Below the pieces are notes generated by a model. That model ran no database searches. It saw only the letters and a list, made by a program, of their open reading frames with translations, and was not told where the DNA came from. The translations under genes were made by a program, and so were the position numbers. From the NCBI GenBank assembly GCA_965195195.1, contig CBDAFF010000016.1, forward strand, positions 16,980 through 80,979: 64,000 nucleotides of DNA, read 5' to 3'. Each line of letters starts with the position of its first letter. Positions within the stretch are counted from its first letter, which is position 1. Shown piece by piece: positions 39,713-48,474 of this stretch. The stretch comes from an uncultured Anaerolineales bacterium (GTDB lineage: Bacteria; Chloroflexota; Anaerolineae; Anaerolineales; E44-bin32).

Positions 39713-40567
39713 ATGCAATCGCAATCATCATGGACAGTCCGGCAGACGCAGTCTAGCGATCACAAAATAATCTCTTCCCTGTTGACAAACGCATCTCACA
39801 AGCACTTCCACTTCGACTGGTTGAACGTTCTAGACCTGTTAGATGAAGCGCCCTTTCTCATTGCCCTCAACAAAGATGGACCGGTGGCTTGCCTTGCTTG
39901 CCAGCCTGACCCCCCACAGGTCGCCTGGATACGGCTCTTCGCCGTATTGAAAGACGTTCCTAAATACCCAGTGTGGGACCAACTCTGGACGGCAGCTGCG
40001 GAGGACGCTGTAAAGCTCGGCGCATCACAGGCGGTAGCACTCGCCACACAGGATTGGTTCATCCCCTTCCTCAAAGAATACGGCTTTATTGAGACGAACA
40101 AGGTCATCTTTTTCAAATGGGATGGGGACCCGCTGCCAACCACCCAAGGACCTGGGGTTGAGCTGAGAAAGATGGCCACGGAAGATCTCCCTGCAGTCGC
40201 TCTTGTAGACCAGAGCGCCTTCGATCCCGTCTGGGCTCTTTCCCTGCGATCACTCCGCACCGCCTACCATCTCTCCTCATTGGCAACGGTCATATTAGAA
40301 GGAGGCCGGATTGTCGCCTATCAAATGAGCACATCCTCCGCGCTGGGTGCCCACATCGCCCGCCTGGCCGTCCACCCTGACCTGCAAGGAATGGGATGTG
40401 GGAAAACTCTCATTGCCAACGTTCTACATGGCTTTTCTCAGCGCGGGATTGAGCAAGTGACCGTGAACACACAAGCGGATAACCTCCGCAGCCAGCAGCT
40501 TTATCGCTCCCTCGGTTTTCAACCCACAGGCCAGCGTTTTTCGCTCCTCGAAACCAAACTACCTTAG
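39713..40567 (+). CDS. GNAT-family acetyltransferase (two-lobed; C-terminal RimI-like domain)
   Basis: The C-terminal motif is RLAVHPDLQGMGCGKTLI...NLRSQQLYRSLGF. Confidence 0.65.
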   Translation: MQSQSSWTVRQTQSSDHKIISSLLTNASHKHFHFDWLNVLDLLDEAPFLIALNKDGPVACLACQPDPPQVAWIRLFAVLKDVPKYPVWDQLWTAAAEDAVKLGASQAVALATQDWFIPFLKEYGFIETNKVIFFKWDGDPLPTTQGPGVELRKMATEDLPAVALVDQSAFDPVWALSLRSLRTAYHLSSLATVILEGGRIVAYQMSTSSALGAHIARLAVHPDLQGMGCGKTLIANVLHGFSQRGIEQVTVNTQADNLRSQQLYRSLGFQPTGQRFSLLETKLP

Positions 40568-40720
40568 CTCAGTTAACTGGGTGGCACTTCTCTGCTGAAC
40601 TTTTTTATCATTCGAGTCATCGTCTAGAGTCGATATACTTCTGGTCTGCATCGCTTATGCAATATTTGAAGCCAGAAAGCTCTGCTTCCGGTTGTAGGCT
40701 GCGCTTTGAGGCCTGCACGT

Positions 40721-40755
40721 TAACCTCCCGCAGGTTTGAACCCTGCGGGAGGTTA
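40721..40755. other. Strong isolated hairpin inside a 456-bp non-coding gap
   Basis: A 14-bp perfect stem TAACCTCCCGCAGG (40721-40734) / CCTGCGGGAGGTTA (40742-40755) has a 7-nt loop. Neither strand has a T tract. Confidence 0.6.
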
Positions 40756-41023
40756 TGGGAGTCGGGTGTTTGATGGCGGCGGGCTGACACACGGGTCGGA
40801 CCCGACGATTTATTAACGTTGTGAAGCTGGGTCCTGTAAATCCGCTTGGTCATCCACGCTATTTTAAGGAGAACCCTATCATTGCAGGTCCCATGGCTGA
40901 CCAGAACCGAAGCTGACAGAAGCTGCTCCCCTCCAGGCAATAACACCAATTCCAATAGAGGAAATATGTAGACTTTTATGACCTGCTATGGTATGTTTTG
41001 AAAATATTTAATTTGGAGGGAAC

Positions 41024-41716
41024 ATGGGAAAACGGGAAGAAATTCGCGAAAAACGTCAAGGTGAACAACGGAGGAACCTCGTCGTTGGCATGCTTGTTAT
41101 AGCAGGGGTCGTGATCCTCATCTCTGCATTGGTTATCTTCCGCTCCCAAGCCCAGATCCAAAGCATCATCACTCCAACGGCTATTGATTTCCCACAGAGT
41201 GAGGGGCTGGCGATGGGAGATCCAAATGCGCCAGTGGTCATCGAGGAATTCTCTGATTTCCAATGTCCGGCCTGTCTGTTCTTCCACGAAGAAACACTTG
41301 AGCAGGTCGTCGATGAGTATGTCAAGACAGGGGATGTTTATTACATCTTCCGACCTTTCCCATTCATCGGTAAAGAATCGCAGGCAGCGGCTCTCGGAGG
41401 TTACTGCGCTGCGGAACAAGGACTCTTCTGGGAATATTCCAATATCGTCTTTGCCAATCAGATCGGCGAGAACGCGGGAAGTTTTACCTCCGCGCGATTG
41501 GAAGCGATGGCGGATATCATCGGGTTGGACGCCGACTTCGCGAAATGTTTATCTGAAGGACGCTATCAAGACCTGGTTGACGCCGATTTTCAAGCTGCTC
41601 AGGACGCGGGGGTCGATTCAACACCCAGCTTTCTTATCAATGGTGCGCATTTATCCGGCGCTCTCCCATTTGAAACTTTCCAGGGCTATATCGAACAAGC
41701 TCTCTTAGAGAATTAG
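41024..41716 (+). CDS. Membrane-anchored DsbA-family thiol:disulfide oxidoreductase
   Basis: An N-terminal TM segment and the active site FSDFQCPAC are present. The C-terminal STPSFLING pattern also matches. Confidence 0.8.
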   Translation: MGKREEIREKRQGEQRRNLVVGMLVIAGVVILISALVIFRSQAQIQSIITPTAIDFPQSEGLAMGDPNAPVVIEEFSDFQCPACLFFHEETLEQVVDEYVKTGDVYYIFRPFPFIGKESQAAALGGYCAAEQGLFWEYSNIVFANQIGENAGSFTSARLEAMADIIGLDADFAKCLSEGRYQDLVDADFQAAQDAGVDSTPSFLINGAHLSGALPFETFQGYIEQALLEN

Positions 41717-41738
41717 GTGCTAATCCTTAGAAAGACTG

Positions 41739-41776
41739 AGCGGGTGCCTGGTATTGTACCGGCACCCGCTTTTTTG
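41739..41776 (+). terminator. Rho-independent terminator
   Basis: The stem AGCGGGTGCC / GGCACCCGCT is followed by TTTTTT (41771-41776). Confidence 0.8.
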
Positions 41777-41846
41777 ATTAATTCACAGGTCGGATAGCTG
41801 CGCAACCCCACACGCGGCATGATCATCCCTGGAGTGCTACTTCCCA

Positions 41847-42578
41847 CTACATTAAACCGAAGAATCGCAGGATCACTACCGCCAAGGGTGTGATTATGAG
41901 TGCTGGCAAGATATTCGCCGTTCGTATCGGTCGCAGCTCAAGCAGCGTCCCTATCGCCAAACCGATTAGAAGCACCCCGCCAACGACCGAAAGCTCCGCC
42001 AGCATCACTGGATCGAAAAATCCCTCGATGTACGCCGCGGCCAGCGTCAACCCCCCCTGGTAAAAGAGGATGATCACCGTCGAGAACAACACTCCAATAC
42101 CAAAGCTAGACGCTAACGCAAGAGATGCAAAACCATCCATAACCGACTTTATTGCTAGCAATTCGTAATTTCCTGTCAGGCCATCCTGGAGCGATCCCAG
42201 GATTGTCATCGGGCCAACACAGAAGAGCAGGCTGGCGGAGACAAACCCGCGGATGAAACGACTGCTCTGCGTGACATCCCCCGAACCACTCGCGAAGCGT
42301 TTCTCTAGATAGGCGCCCAGCGACTTCAAACGCGCTTCCAGGCGCCACCATTCTCCGAGCATCACACCGATAAGCAAACCGATCAGAGGCAGAAGAATAT
42401 TTTCCCCCTCTACGCTAGTACCACGGATGAATAACTCGGCACCGATCGCAAGCGTAAAGACCCCCAATACATTGATCACACCCTCACGAATCCGCTCTGG
42501 AAAACGGACGCCGAACAGAAGCCCGGCGGCGCTGCCGATCAGAACCGTGACAATGTTAATCCATGTCCCAGTCATCAT
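41847..42578 (-). CDS. DUF554 (YqgA-like) membrane protein
   Basis: The N-terminus GTWINIVTVLIGSAAGLLFGVRFPERIRE is typical of DUF554. An ATGA overlap joins it to the upstream gene. Confidence 0.7.
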   Translation of the reverse strand: MMTGTWINIVTVLIGSAAGLLFGVRFPERIREGVINVLGVFTLAIGAELFIRGTSVEGENILLPLIGLLIGVMLGEWWRLEARLKSLGAYLEKRFASGSGDVTQSSRFIRGFVSASLLFCVGPMTILGSLQDGLTGNYELLAIKSVMDGFASLALASSFGIGVLFSTVIILFYQGGLTLAAAYIEGFFDPVMLAELSVVGGVLLIGLAIGTLLELRPIRTANILPALIITPLAVVILRFFGLM

Positions 42579-43129
42579 TCTCTCGATTTAGCGATCGTGG
42601 GTTTATCTATGCCCGCGGTCTCGTTTTCCCAGAGGGAGAGCACGAAGCAAAGGCTGGAGAGTCGGTTCAAGTACGGCAACAGGGTCGGGTTGGAGAGCTT
42701 GCTCTCGTGATCGAGCCGCACGACTTGCCGCTCAGCGCGGCGCACAACCGTTCTTGCGAGGTCCAGCGCGGCGGCTGGAAGCGATTCCCCGGGCAGGATA
42801 AAATCTTTGGGCATATTTACTCGGTCTCCGAAAGATTGCACCTGTTCCTCGATCCAAGTGAGCCGTGATGCCTCGAGACGTTGAAAACGCTCCTCCTCTC
42901 CAGGAACAGCGGCAAGCTCTACCATGATTGTGTAGAGATCCTTTTGTACTTCATGGATCACGGAAATCGTTTCCTCAGAAAGCGCGGTCGCTCGAGATAA
43001 CCCAAGTGCTGCTGAGGCTTCATCGACCGTCCCGAAGGCTGTCGGCCGCAGGTGATATTTGGGGACTCGCTCGCTGCCGAGCAATCCTGTCGATCCGTCA
43101 TCCCCTTCACCAGAGTAATAATCAGGCAT
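42575..43129 (-). CDS. PduO-type ATP:cob(I)alamin adenosyltransferase
   Basis: GEGDDGSTGLLGSERVPKYHLRPTAFGTVDEASAALG is present. I set the start at ATG 43129; the track ORF extends to 43342 with a non-protein-like leader. Confidence 0.8.
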   Translation of the reverse strand: MPDYYSGEGDDGSTGLLGSERVPKYHLRPTAFGTVDEASAALGLSRATALSEETISVIHEVQKDLYTIMVELAAVPGEEERFQRLEASRLTWIEEQVQSFGDRVNMPKDFILPGESLPAAALDLARTVVRRAERQVVRLDHESKLSNPTLLPYLNRLSSLCFVLSLWENETAGIDKPTIAKSRE

Positions 43130-43205
43130 GCCCTGATTATAGTATCGCTTTGAGATTTGGGCACTCCTGGCATGTAATGCGAATATCGAGCATGAAGGGG
43201 GAGCA

Positions 43206-43781
43206 TTGAGGGGGTTTAACCTGATTCGCAAATGGAGCACCTTCCTGGCCGGCTTGCTAATGGGTCTGGCATCGACAGGGCTAATTCTGCTTCTCATCCG
43301 CCAACCGAGACAATACCCGATTGAACTCCTGCCACCGCCCACCCCGGGTCCGCTGTCCGTCCATGTAGCTGGCGCTGCTGAACACCCGGGTGTTTATCTC
43401 CTGCCACACGGCTCGATCGTTCGGGATGCGCACGATGCAGCCGGTGGACCGACGGCCAGCGCGGATCTCGACAGCATCAACCTGGCGGCCGACCTCGAGG
43501 ATGGTCAGCGGGTCTACGTCCCGCAAATGACAGCTTCAGGAACTTCAACGGGGGAGGAAATCCTCCCCTCCGAGATCGACCCTGAGCAGATGATCAACAT
43601 CAACACCGCCAGCGCCGCGGAGCTTGAGCTGCTCCCGGGGATTGGACCCAGCCTGGCGAAGAAGATCATGGATCATCGCTCGGCCAATGGTCTCTTCAAC
43701 ACAGCCGACGATCTGCTCGCTGTATCGGGAATCGGCCCGGCGAAAGTAGAGCAAATCCAAGACTTGATAACCTTCCACTGA
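43206..43781 (+). CDS. comEA: ComEA-family DNA-binding protein
   Basis: An N-terminal TM segment and an SLBB-like middle region are followed by tandem HhH motifs (LPGIGPSLAKKI, VSGIGPAKVEQI). The start is TTG. Confidence 0.8.
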   Translation: MRGFNLIRKWSTFLAGLLMGLASTGLILLLIRQPRQYPIELLPPPTPGPLSVHVAGAAEHPGVYLLPHGSIVRDAHDAAGGPTASADLDSINLAADLEDGQRVYVPQMTASGTSTGEEILPSEIDPEQMININTASAAELELLPGIGPSLAKKIMDHRSANGLFNTADDLLAVSGIGPAKVEQIQDLITFH

Positions 43782-44111
43782 CTTCGCCCGGTTTTACGTG
43801 CGCAGACCCAGGCATTATTGTCCAATTAATGGTGACTTTCCTATTAGGCATCTTTCACCCCCTTGGGGACATTCTAATTAATCCTTTGCATATTATGATA
43901 GTTTTAGCAAATTCCTGACGATCTTCTGTGACTTCCCCTGAGTGAATACCGGCGCCGGGTTAGAATCTTGAGAGCGCATGAACGCCCAATCATCTCCAAC
44001 CCGAGGGCTCCAATAGAAAGGCTTTGAGTTCCACTATTTACCCTTTTGTAATACGATAAGAAATAATGATGGGTATTCATTAGTTAGCCCGCCTGAGGCT
44101 TTCATAAGATT

Positions 44112-44570
44112 ATGAATCCAATAAGAAACTCAGCTAAAGCTCTAATTGTAGAGAACAATAATCTACTTCTTTTAAAACATGTTGATCAACTTGGTTTTTG
44201 GTACACGATTCCGGGAGGAGGTCAGAATCCTGGAGAAACATTGGTTGAAGCATTACGTAGAGAATGTCTTGAAGAAATTGGAGTCGAGATTGATATTGGT
44301 GACCTTCAATACATCCGCGAGTATATAGGATCCAATCATGAGTTTCACGAGCATGACGGAGACGCACATCAGGTTGAATTCTTGTTTGAATGTTCAATAA
44401 GAGATGGCAATATGCCAAGATTCGGTTCATCTCCAGATGAGTCTCAAATAGCTGTTGAGTGGATACCATTGCCTGATCTTGGGAATTTCCGAATCTATCC
44501 AAAGATACTTGCCAAAATCCTTTTTGAGAGGGATTTAGCCCCTATCAGATATCTTGGTGATGTGAATTGA
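44112..44570 (+). CDS. NUDIX hydrolase
   Basis: The Nudix box GGQNPGETLVEALRRECLEEIGV fits GX5EX7REUXEEXGU. The gene is visibly AT-rich. Confidence 0.85.
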   Translation: MNPIRNSAKALIVENNNLLLLKHVDQLGFWYTIPGGGQNPGETLVEALRRECLEEIGVEIDIGDLQYIREYIGSNHEFHEHDGDAHQVEFLFECSIRDGNMPRFGSSPDESQIAVEWIPLPDLGNFRIYPKILAKILFERDLAPIRYLGDVN

Positions 44571-44752
44571 ATTGTGAGCTTGTGTTGAACCATTCGTTGG
44601 AGACGGCCGCACTTGCCCTCAAGGTTGTATGATTGAGTTGCTGGGATTGCCGGTCATGGACCTATCCCCGGCACCTCCCCGCAAAGTTCGTGGGGCTGCG
44701 CAGGCATGATACGACATATGCAGATTTTCACGCATCAATCTGGAGGTGAAGT

Positions 44753-45397
44753 ATGCGTCAGATTAACATTGAGACTTGGCCACGACGCGAGCATTTCAAG
44801 GTTTTTAACGCCTATGACTATCCACACTTCAGCTTGTGCGCAAATGTAGACCTGACAGCGTTCTATTCCTTTGTTAAGCAGCGTGGCATTTCTTTTACCG
44901 TGGCGACAGTGTACATACTCGCACGAGCAGCGAATGCGATCCCCGAGTTCCGTTATCGCATTCGAGCGGGAGAAGTGGTTGAGCACGCTATCGTTCACCC
45001 TTCTGGAACTATTCTAACGGGCGATGATCTGTTCACGTTCTGCACGTTTGATTATATTGAGGACTTCTCAGAGTTTTCAGTGGGTGCTGCCGAGAGGATT
45101 GCTTATGTGAAAGAGGATCCCACGCTGATAGACAAACCTGGGCGAGATGACTTGTTGTACATGACGGCGATCCCCTGGGTGTCGTTCACAAGTTTTATGC
45201 ACCCGCTTCATCTGCATCCAGCAGATTCTGTGCCCCGGTTTGCGTGGGGCAAGTTCTTCGAGGAGGGCAAGGCCTTGAAGATGCCCTTGAGTGTGCAAGG
45301 TCATCATGCACTGATGGATGGTTTGCACGTCGGGAGGTACTTCGCCGAAGTGGAAGATTACCTACATCGACCGGAGGCCGTGCTAGGTGAAGCATAG
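44753..45397 (+). CDS. Type A chloramphenicol O-acetyltransferase-like protein
   Basis: The N-terminus is INIETWPRREHFKVF. The catalytic-His region is QGHHALMDGLHVGRYF (compare HHAVCDGFH). The length is 214 aa, and a GGAGGTG SD is present. Confidence 0.72.
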   Translation: MRQINIETWPRREHFKVFNAYDYPHFSLCANVDLTAFYSFVKQRGISFTVATVYILARAANAIPEFRYRIRAGEVVEHAIVHPSGTILTGDDLFTFCTFDYIEDFSEFSVGAAERIAYVKEDPTLIDKPGRDDLLYMTAIPWVSFTSFMHPLHLHPADSVPRFAWGKFFEEGKALKMPLSVQGHHALMDGLHVGRYFAEVEDYLHRPEAVLGEA

Positions 45398-45657
45398 GTA
45401 CGCGGAATTTCGCCATCCAATCCCCACTCCACTTCGTTTAAGGGTAGGTGTCCGTCTGGATGCTCCGCTGGACTTTATGAAGTTCAAACTCGATAGCCAA
45501 ATCAATTCGTCTATGATAAATTAAAAAACCCTCAAGTTTTTAGCTTTTCTTTCCCCTATCCCAATTTAACTGCGCCAAAAATGCACCGAAAAGCTAAAAA
45601 ACATCTAAAAAGGACACTCGAAACCAAAATTCCCCTGGATATAGAATAGGTAATTGT

Positions 45658-45698
45658 ATGAATATTCGGAATTATACTCCGAATATTCATGGTATAAT
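45658..45698 (+). promoter_or_regulatory. Palindromic operator abutting a consensus -10 box
   Basis: A 13-bp perfect inverted repeat, ATGAATATTCGGA (45658-45670) / TCCGAATATTCAT (45678-45690), has a 7-bp spacer. TATAAT follows at 45693-45698, 6 nt before ATG 45705. Confidence 0.55.
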
Positions 45699-45704
45699 CT
45701 CATT

Positions 45705-46844
45705 ATGATAAAGAGAACTTTTTACATTTCTAGCCTCTCCACTGCAATAAACCGATCCCCAATTACAGCTCTGCTCGGACCGCGTCAATGCGGAAAAACG
45801 ACTCTTGCCCGTCTGCTTATGAAGGAACAGAGAGCTGTGTATTTTGATTTAGAATCCATCCCTGACCAAAGGCGATTAGAAAACCCGGAATTAATATTAG
45901 GCAACCTGGAGGGGCTGGTTATCCTTGATGAAATTCAACTTATCCCCAGTCTTTTCCAAGTTCTTCGTGTGCTTGTTGATAGGCCTGATAATAAAGCACA
46001 TTACTTGATCCTCGGCAGCGCTTCCCCTGATGTCATTAAAAATACCTCAGAGACATTGGCAGGTCGGGTTGAATTTATTGAGCTGAGTGGTTTCGATCTG
46101 GGAGAGATTGGTAAGGAGAACTGGGAATCACTTTGGTTGCGCGGCGGCTTTCCAATATCTTATCTGGCAGATTCAGAAAAAGATAGTCTTGCCTGGAGAG
46201 AAGGTTTTATCAGGACTTTTCTGGAACGAGATATTCCTCAATTAGGCATTAATATTTCTGCTGTTGCAATGCGGCGATTCTGGACAATGCTAGCCCATTA
46301 TCATGGACAAACTTGGAATGCATCGCAGCTGGGGCGGTCCATGGGGTTAACTGACAAGACAGTGCGTTCTTATCTGGATATCCTTACTGGTACGTATATG
46401 GTTCGCCAATTACAGCCATGGATCGCCAACCTAGGCAAGCGACAGGTAAAATCACCGAAGGTCTATTTTCGCGATAGCGGATTGCTTCATAGTCTATTGG
46501 AAATCACCGATAGTCACAGTTTGTTCGGGCATCCAAAGGTTGGTGCTTCTTGGGAAAGCTTTGTGATTGAGCAAGTCCTTCAATTTGTGCGCCCCAATCA
46601 AGCGTATTTCTGGGCTACACACAATGGTGCAGAAATTGATTTGCTGTTTTCTGATCAGGGAAAAAATTATGGTGTAGAGGTCAAACTCAACGAGGCACCC
46701 AAGATTACACCCTCGATGCATACTGCTCTCACAGAATTGAAATTGGAACACCTATGGATCATTTACCCGGGCAAAGAAGTCTATTCCGCTCATGAACAGA
46801 TCTCGGTTGTGCCCATAAGCCAGATCGACAGGTTGCCCTTTTAA
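45705..46844 (+). CDS. AAA ATPase with C-terminal DUF4143-like domain (AAA_14 family)
   Basis: Walker A is GPRQCGKTT and Walker B is VILDEIQ. I moved the start to ATG 45705, because the track extension from TTG 45654 translates the palindrome. Confidence 0.8.
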   Translation: MIKRTFYISSLSTAINRSPITALLGPRQCGKTTLARLLMKEQRAVYFDLESIPDQRRLENPELILGNLEGLVILDEIQLIPSLFQVLRVLVDRPDNKAHYLILGSASPDVIKNTSETLAGRVEFIELSGFDLGEIGKENWESLWLRGGFPISYLADSEKDSLAWREGFIRTFLERDIPQLGINISAVAMRRFWTMLAHYHGQTWNASQLGRSMGLTDKTVRSYLDILTGTYMVRQLQPWIANLGKRQVKSPKVYFRDSGLLHSLLEITDSHSLFGHPKVGASWESFVIEQVLQFVRPNQAYFWATHNGAEIDLLFSDQGKNYGVEVKLNEAPKITPSMHTALTELKLEHLWIIYPGKEVYSAHEQISVVPISQIDRLPF

Positions 46845-46962
46845 GCTGATTTACCAGTTCAATATAGCTTGGATTCAACTACCAAGTGCAACAGTGGATG
46901 AATGAATAAAGCCCTACAGTAAAGCGGAAATCCCTGCCCATCAAGAGTTATGCAGGGAGCAG

Positions 46963-47163
46963 GTGAAAGAACAGGTGACATCGTTGGATCTGGACGCCGA
47001 GTCGGGTTTCCACTGGCTGCCATTTGATAAGCTGGAGCTTCAAATTTACAACATACAGCATATACAGCAGCACACAGGAGAGCTGTGTGAACGGTTGGGC
47101 GCAAAGGGAGAAATTGAGGTGGACTGGGTTGGGATGAACCCTGACGGATCCAGAGCGAACTAA
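46963..47163 (+). pseudogene. C-terminal remnant of a DinB-superfamily gene
   Basis: The 66 aa contain WLPFDKLELQIYNIQHIQQHTGEL, a pattern that normally sits near the C-terminus of ~170-aa DinB-family proteins. There is no N-terminal part upstream. Confidence 0.45.
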
Positions 47164-47277
47164 CCTCATCCAATCTTGCCCGCGTAAACCTGGCATGGAT
47201 AATCGCCTACGATGCCCGAATTGCCAGGAGTCGAAGCGATCGCGAAAAATCTTCGCGGGGGGAAGGGCTCACCAACG
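47161..47277 (+). repeat. Copy A of the duplicated mutM promoter + 5' coding segment (non-functional mutM 5' remnant)
   Basis: It aligns without gaps to 48596-48712 at an offset of 1435 nt. My hand count gives about 100 of 117 positions identical. It encodes MPELPGVEAIAKNLRGGKGSP versus MPELPEVETIAKNLREGNGSP in mutM. Confidence 0.85.
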
Positions 47278-47309
47278 GACTTGGTCCACTTCATAGAGGT
47301 AAGCTGGAA

Positions 47310-48344
47310 TTATCGAGATCTTGACTTCACCCTGCGTATCATCCGTTCAATTTGCTCATTCGTGTTGATTGCGGTAATTTCGATGCTCGGATTGTTTCGA
47401 GAGAAAACTCTGAATATCTCATCTGAAAACGCTTGCCCAATTGTATCCACATCGCTGAAATCTAAAGAGACCTCCTGAAACTCATGAAACCGGGCCAGCA
47501 GGCGCCTGGCTTGGGACCTAGAGACCAAGTTCTCATCTCCGAAAGTAGCCAGAGCAACTGGGACGTCAGTCTTAGAGAATGTATATTCAAAATCATCTGA
47601 GATGTAGATGTCAAAGACCTCTTGGATGGTTCGATTTGAGAGTGTGCTTATAGTCATGCTGACAGTTGTTCCCCCTTCTTCGCTTCCAGATTCTTGCAGT
47701 CTGGAGATGTCAGTATCCATGGGTGAGTAGAATAATCCCTCTGAAAAGACTACAAAGTTATCAAACATCCTGGATGCGAAGAAAATGCCCTCACCAGTGT
47801 GACGACTCGGATCGGTAGTGAGCTTTCCCTTCGACAACTCAAGAATCGCCTGCCTCGGCTCACCAAGGTGAAGATCTCTCTGAATCTTCTTGAATATCCC
47901 GATGCCATCGTCTATCACAAGGAACGCAACCCTTGCAGCGGACTGTTCCACATGAATCTCAGCTGCAGTACCTTCCGAATGATCGATAACATTGTTGATC
48001 ATTTCGCTCATTCCATATTCGCAGATGCTCATTACATTTCCTGGGATCCCCTTCAGCATTGGACGTACGAGATGTCGCCACACCTTATCTTCTTCAACAT
48101 CGGTCGATAGGCTAAATGAGAAGGTTTCATCAACGAGGTGCTTCAACTCATAGTGACGATCCCGGGTTTTGCCGTGAGCGACAATTGCCCTTTCATCTAT
48201 CAGTTTCTGGATATGACGCAAAACTGCCGGGCGTGTTATATCGAATTGATCCGAAGTTAATAGTGTAATATCTCTTGGATGATTGGCAATATTTTCCAAG
48301 ATGAAGGCACGAATTTCTATTGATTTTTTCCTTGGCTTTCTCAT
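47310..48344 (-). CDS. wHTH + GHKL (HATPase_c, RsbW/SpoIIAB-like) + STAS-like (DUF4325-like) protein
   Basis: The N-terminal wHTH is ITRPAVLRHIQKLIDERAI. The N box is EMINNVIDHS, G1 is VIDDGIGIF and G2 is HTGEGIFF. The C-terminal segment is VSLDFSDVDTIGQAFSDEIFRVF. The gene is AT-rich. Confidence 0.65.
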   Translation of the reverse strand: MRKPRKKSIEIRAFILENIANHPRDITLLTSDQFDITRPAVLRHIQKLIDERAIVAHGKTRDRHYELKHLVDETFSFSLSTDVEEDKVWRHLVRPMLKGIPGNVMSICEYGMSEMINNVIDHSEGTAAEIHVEQSAARVAFLVIDDGIGIFKKIQRDLHLGEPRQAILELSKGKLTTDPSRHTGEGIFFASRMFDNFVVFSEGLFYSPMDTDISRLQESGSEEGGTTVSMTISTLSNRTIQEVFDIYISDDFEYTFSKTDVPVALATFGDENLVSRSQARRLLARFHEFQEVSLDFSDVDTIGQAFSDEIFRVFSRNNPSIEITAINTNEQIERMIRRVKSRSR

Positions 48345-48366
48345 TTCTAAACATCACCCCAATTTA

Positions 48367-48474
48367 TTATAAACATTTGCAGTAAGTATTATAAACTATT
48401 TTATGATTTATTGTCAACATTATAGGATGCTTTTATAAACATTTAATGGGTGGATTGAAGCTATTATAAGCTTA
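48367..48474. promoter_or_regulatory. Iterated TTATAAAC motifs upstream of the wHTH-GHKL-STAS gene
   Basis: The copies are TTATAAACATTT at 48367 and 48433, TTATAAACTATT at 48389, and a degenerate TTATAAGCTTA at 48464. The first three are spaced 22 and 44 bp apart. Confidence 0.5.

Noticed and set aside
40617-40955. 112-aa minus-strand ORF filling the GNAT-DsbA intergenic gap
   Set aside because: Its composition is non-protein-like (Arg/Ser/Leu/Gln-rich). It has no SD and no recognisable motif, and it spans the strong hairpin. I treat the region as non-coding and list it as a finding instead.
40568-41023. Possible tmRNA, RNase P RNA, SRP RNA or cobalamin riboswitch
   Set aside because: I looked on both strands for GAGGAAAGUCC (RNase P), GGUCCGGAAGGAAGCAGC (SRP helix 8), a tRNA-like 3' end with UUCGA T-loop plus CCA (tmRNA), and a B12 box. 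I found only loose resemblances (GAAGCUGAC, CCGGAAGCAG). The GUUCAAA hairpin loop sits on a continuous 14-bp stem, which is not a T-arm/acceptor geometry.
41184-41708. 174-aa plus-strand ORF overlapping the DsbA-like gene in another frame
   Set aside because: The DsbA frame carries the CPAC active site and a TM anchor. The alternative frame has no features.
43782-43830. Possible third, highly degenerate copy of the mutM promoter repeat at the left edge of the island (CTTCGCCC...ACCCAGGCAT)
   Set aside because: It shares only short words (CTT-GCCC, CCAGGCAT) with copies A and B and needs several gaps to align. That is too weak to call without a computed alignment.
45654-45704. N-terminal extension of the AAA ATPase ORF from TTG 45654 (MYEYSELYSEYSWYNLI)
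   Set aside because: The repetitive YEYSELYSEYS peptide is just the translation of the 13-bp palindrome plus the TATAAT box. ATG 45705 gives a normal N-terminus.
46859-47196. Minus-strand ORFs 46859-47173 and 46948-47196, and their counterpart 48605-48880
   Set aside because: They share MPGLRGQD only because they read the duplicated mutM promoter segment backwards. They lie antisense to better-supported features.
47212-47478. 88-aa ORF starting MPELPGVEAIAKNL
   Set aside because: Only the first ~22 codons resemble mutM. The rest reads antisense through the 3' end of the 47310-48344 gene. I interpret it as a duplicated gene-start remnant, not a functional gene.
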